Assembly (NCBI GenBank): GCA_030704615.1 | Contig: CM060733.1 | Span: forward strand, 65,224,001 to 65,288,000 | Reading direction: 5' to 3' | From: Takakia lepidozioides | Lineage: Eukaryota; Plantae; Bryophyta | DNA length: 64,000 bases | Part shown: in pieces, positions 63,050 through 64,000 of the stretch | How positions within the stretch are numbered: position 1 is the first letter of the stretch | Layout: each line of letters opens with the position of its first letter | The notes under the pieces: model-generated | Databases searched by the model: none | Told to the model about the DNA's origin: nothing | The model's input: only the letters and a program-made list of their open reading frames with translations | Made by a program: the position numbers and the translations under genes

Positions 63050-63255
63050 GGCTGGGCTCACGCGGCCAGGCTCACGCGCGAGCATTCCTCCCTTGGGGGG
63101 GTAGGGGAGGGGCGGGCCACAGAGGCACACCCACCCATGGTGCATTCAACTCCGGCTGGGCTCACGCGGCCAGGCTCACGCGCAAGCATTCCTCCCTTGG
63201 GGGGTAGGGGAGGGGCGGGCCACATAGGCACACCCACCCATGGCGCATTCAACTC
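63050..63255 (+). repeat. Two-copy ~105-bp tandem duplication with GGCTCACGC motifs
   Basis: GGCTGGGCTCACGCGGCCAGGCTCACGCG...CACCCATGG..CATTCAACTC occurs twice. Confidence 0.8.
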
Positions 63256-64000
63256 GTGGGCCATTTCTATTACTTGGCCTTCCTTTGCTGAAATACAAAC
63301 TTCCCAGCTAAATTAACGTCCATTTACCTCACAGTGTGTAATAAAGTTTCCATTCATCCAACTTTTTTGTTTGAATGAATTTCATTATTATAACGAAATA
63401 TTGCAACTCCGTCCTTCTCTCATCCTTCCACATTCATACCACGCACGAACTGCAACATCCGTTGATCACCCTCCGGATTTTATCCATCCGCCATCCGACC
63501 AGCCCCAAGCAACTCCACGTTCAACTCCTCGACTTCACATGTTTTTGTCGTACAGAGTTGTATATTAGTTTTGTGACTTAGGGTTAGGTCTGGACAGGCT
63601 AGGATCCTGAGGGTTTACAAGGTAATCTAACTCTTCTTCAGCCCTTCAGAGGCTATCGGGTTCTGAAGAGGCCTTGTCCAAATGATGCAATAACAGAGCG
63701 TTCATTTGGTCTGTGGAGCGTGTTGAACAATAGATTGAAGAAGTTTGGGCTGGAGACTGTTTACAGAAAGGTATGATGATGACTTTATGATGATTTTCTC
63801 CATGGAAAAACTCCCTGAGGACAATGGAATGAAATTTCCTACGCACAAGGTGTTCGCCTTCCAAACGGAAGGCAGTACAGCCCTTCGGGATGAAGTGACA
63901 CCATAAAATGAACTTGCTTCAGCAAGAGTCTTCCTCTCTTCCCTACGCACATTATGAGTCAAAATAATAGGGCAGGCGAAGTGGAAGGGTTTAGTGTGCT

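Noticed and set aside
62590-64000. Short ORFs at the right end
   Set aside because: No recognisable motifs; cannot support a call.

Overview
Eukaryotic, intron-containing DNA from a non-seed land plant (inferred from PLS-type PPR/PDF-motif remnants and tRNA-iMet-primed chromoviruses). Two apparently intact host genes are present: the 5' exons of a PLAA/UFD3 WD40 gene (minus strand, 36-729) and an 11-exon BRO1-domain gene (49212-54296). The rest is mostly nested transposable elements: a full-length Ty3/gypsy chromovirus with TSD (3220-9727), several rearranged copies of that family, an older non-chromo Ty3/gypsy pol split by a ~6 kb inversion, two MULE/SWIM transposase relics, 4-bp-TSD TIR elements, a CACTA end, a tRNA-derived SINE and a PPR pseudogene. 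The most striking feature is an ~8 kb cassette (13.6-21.8 kb). It holds a spliced gene fusing a ParB-like N-terminal domain to a bacterial/phage-type beta-class amino (N6A/N4C) DNA methyltransferase, oriented divergently from a GCM-like Zn-domain/MULE-type DDE transposase. Between the two genes lies a 10-unit array of 28-bp palindromes, and further copies of that palindrome sit inside the methyltransferase gene. All calls come from reading the sequence by eye; no database searches were run.
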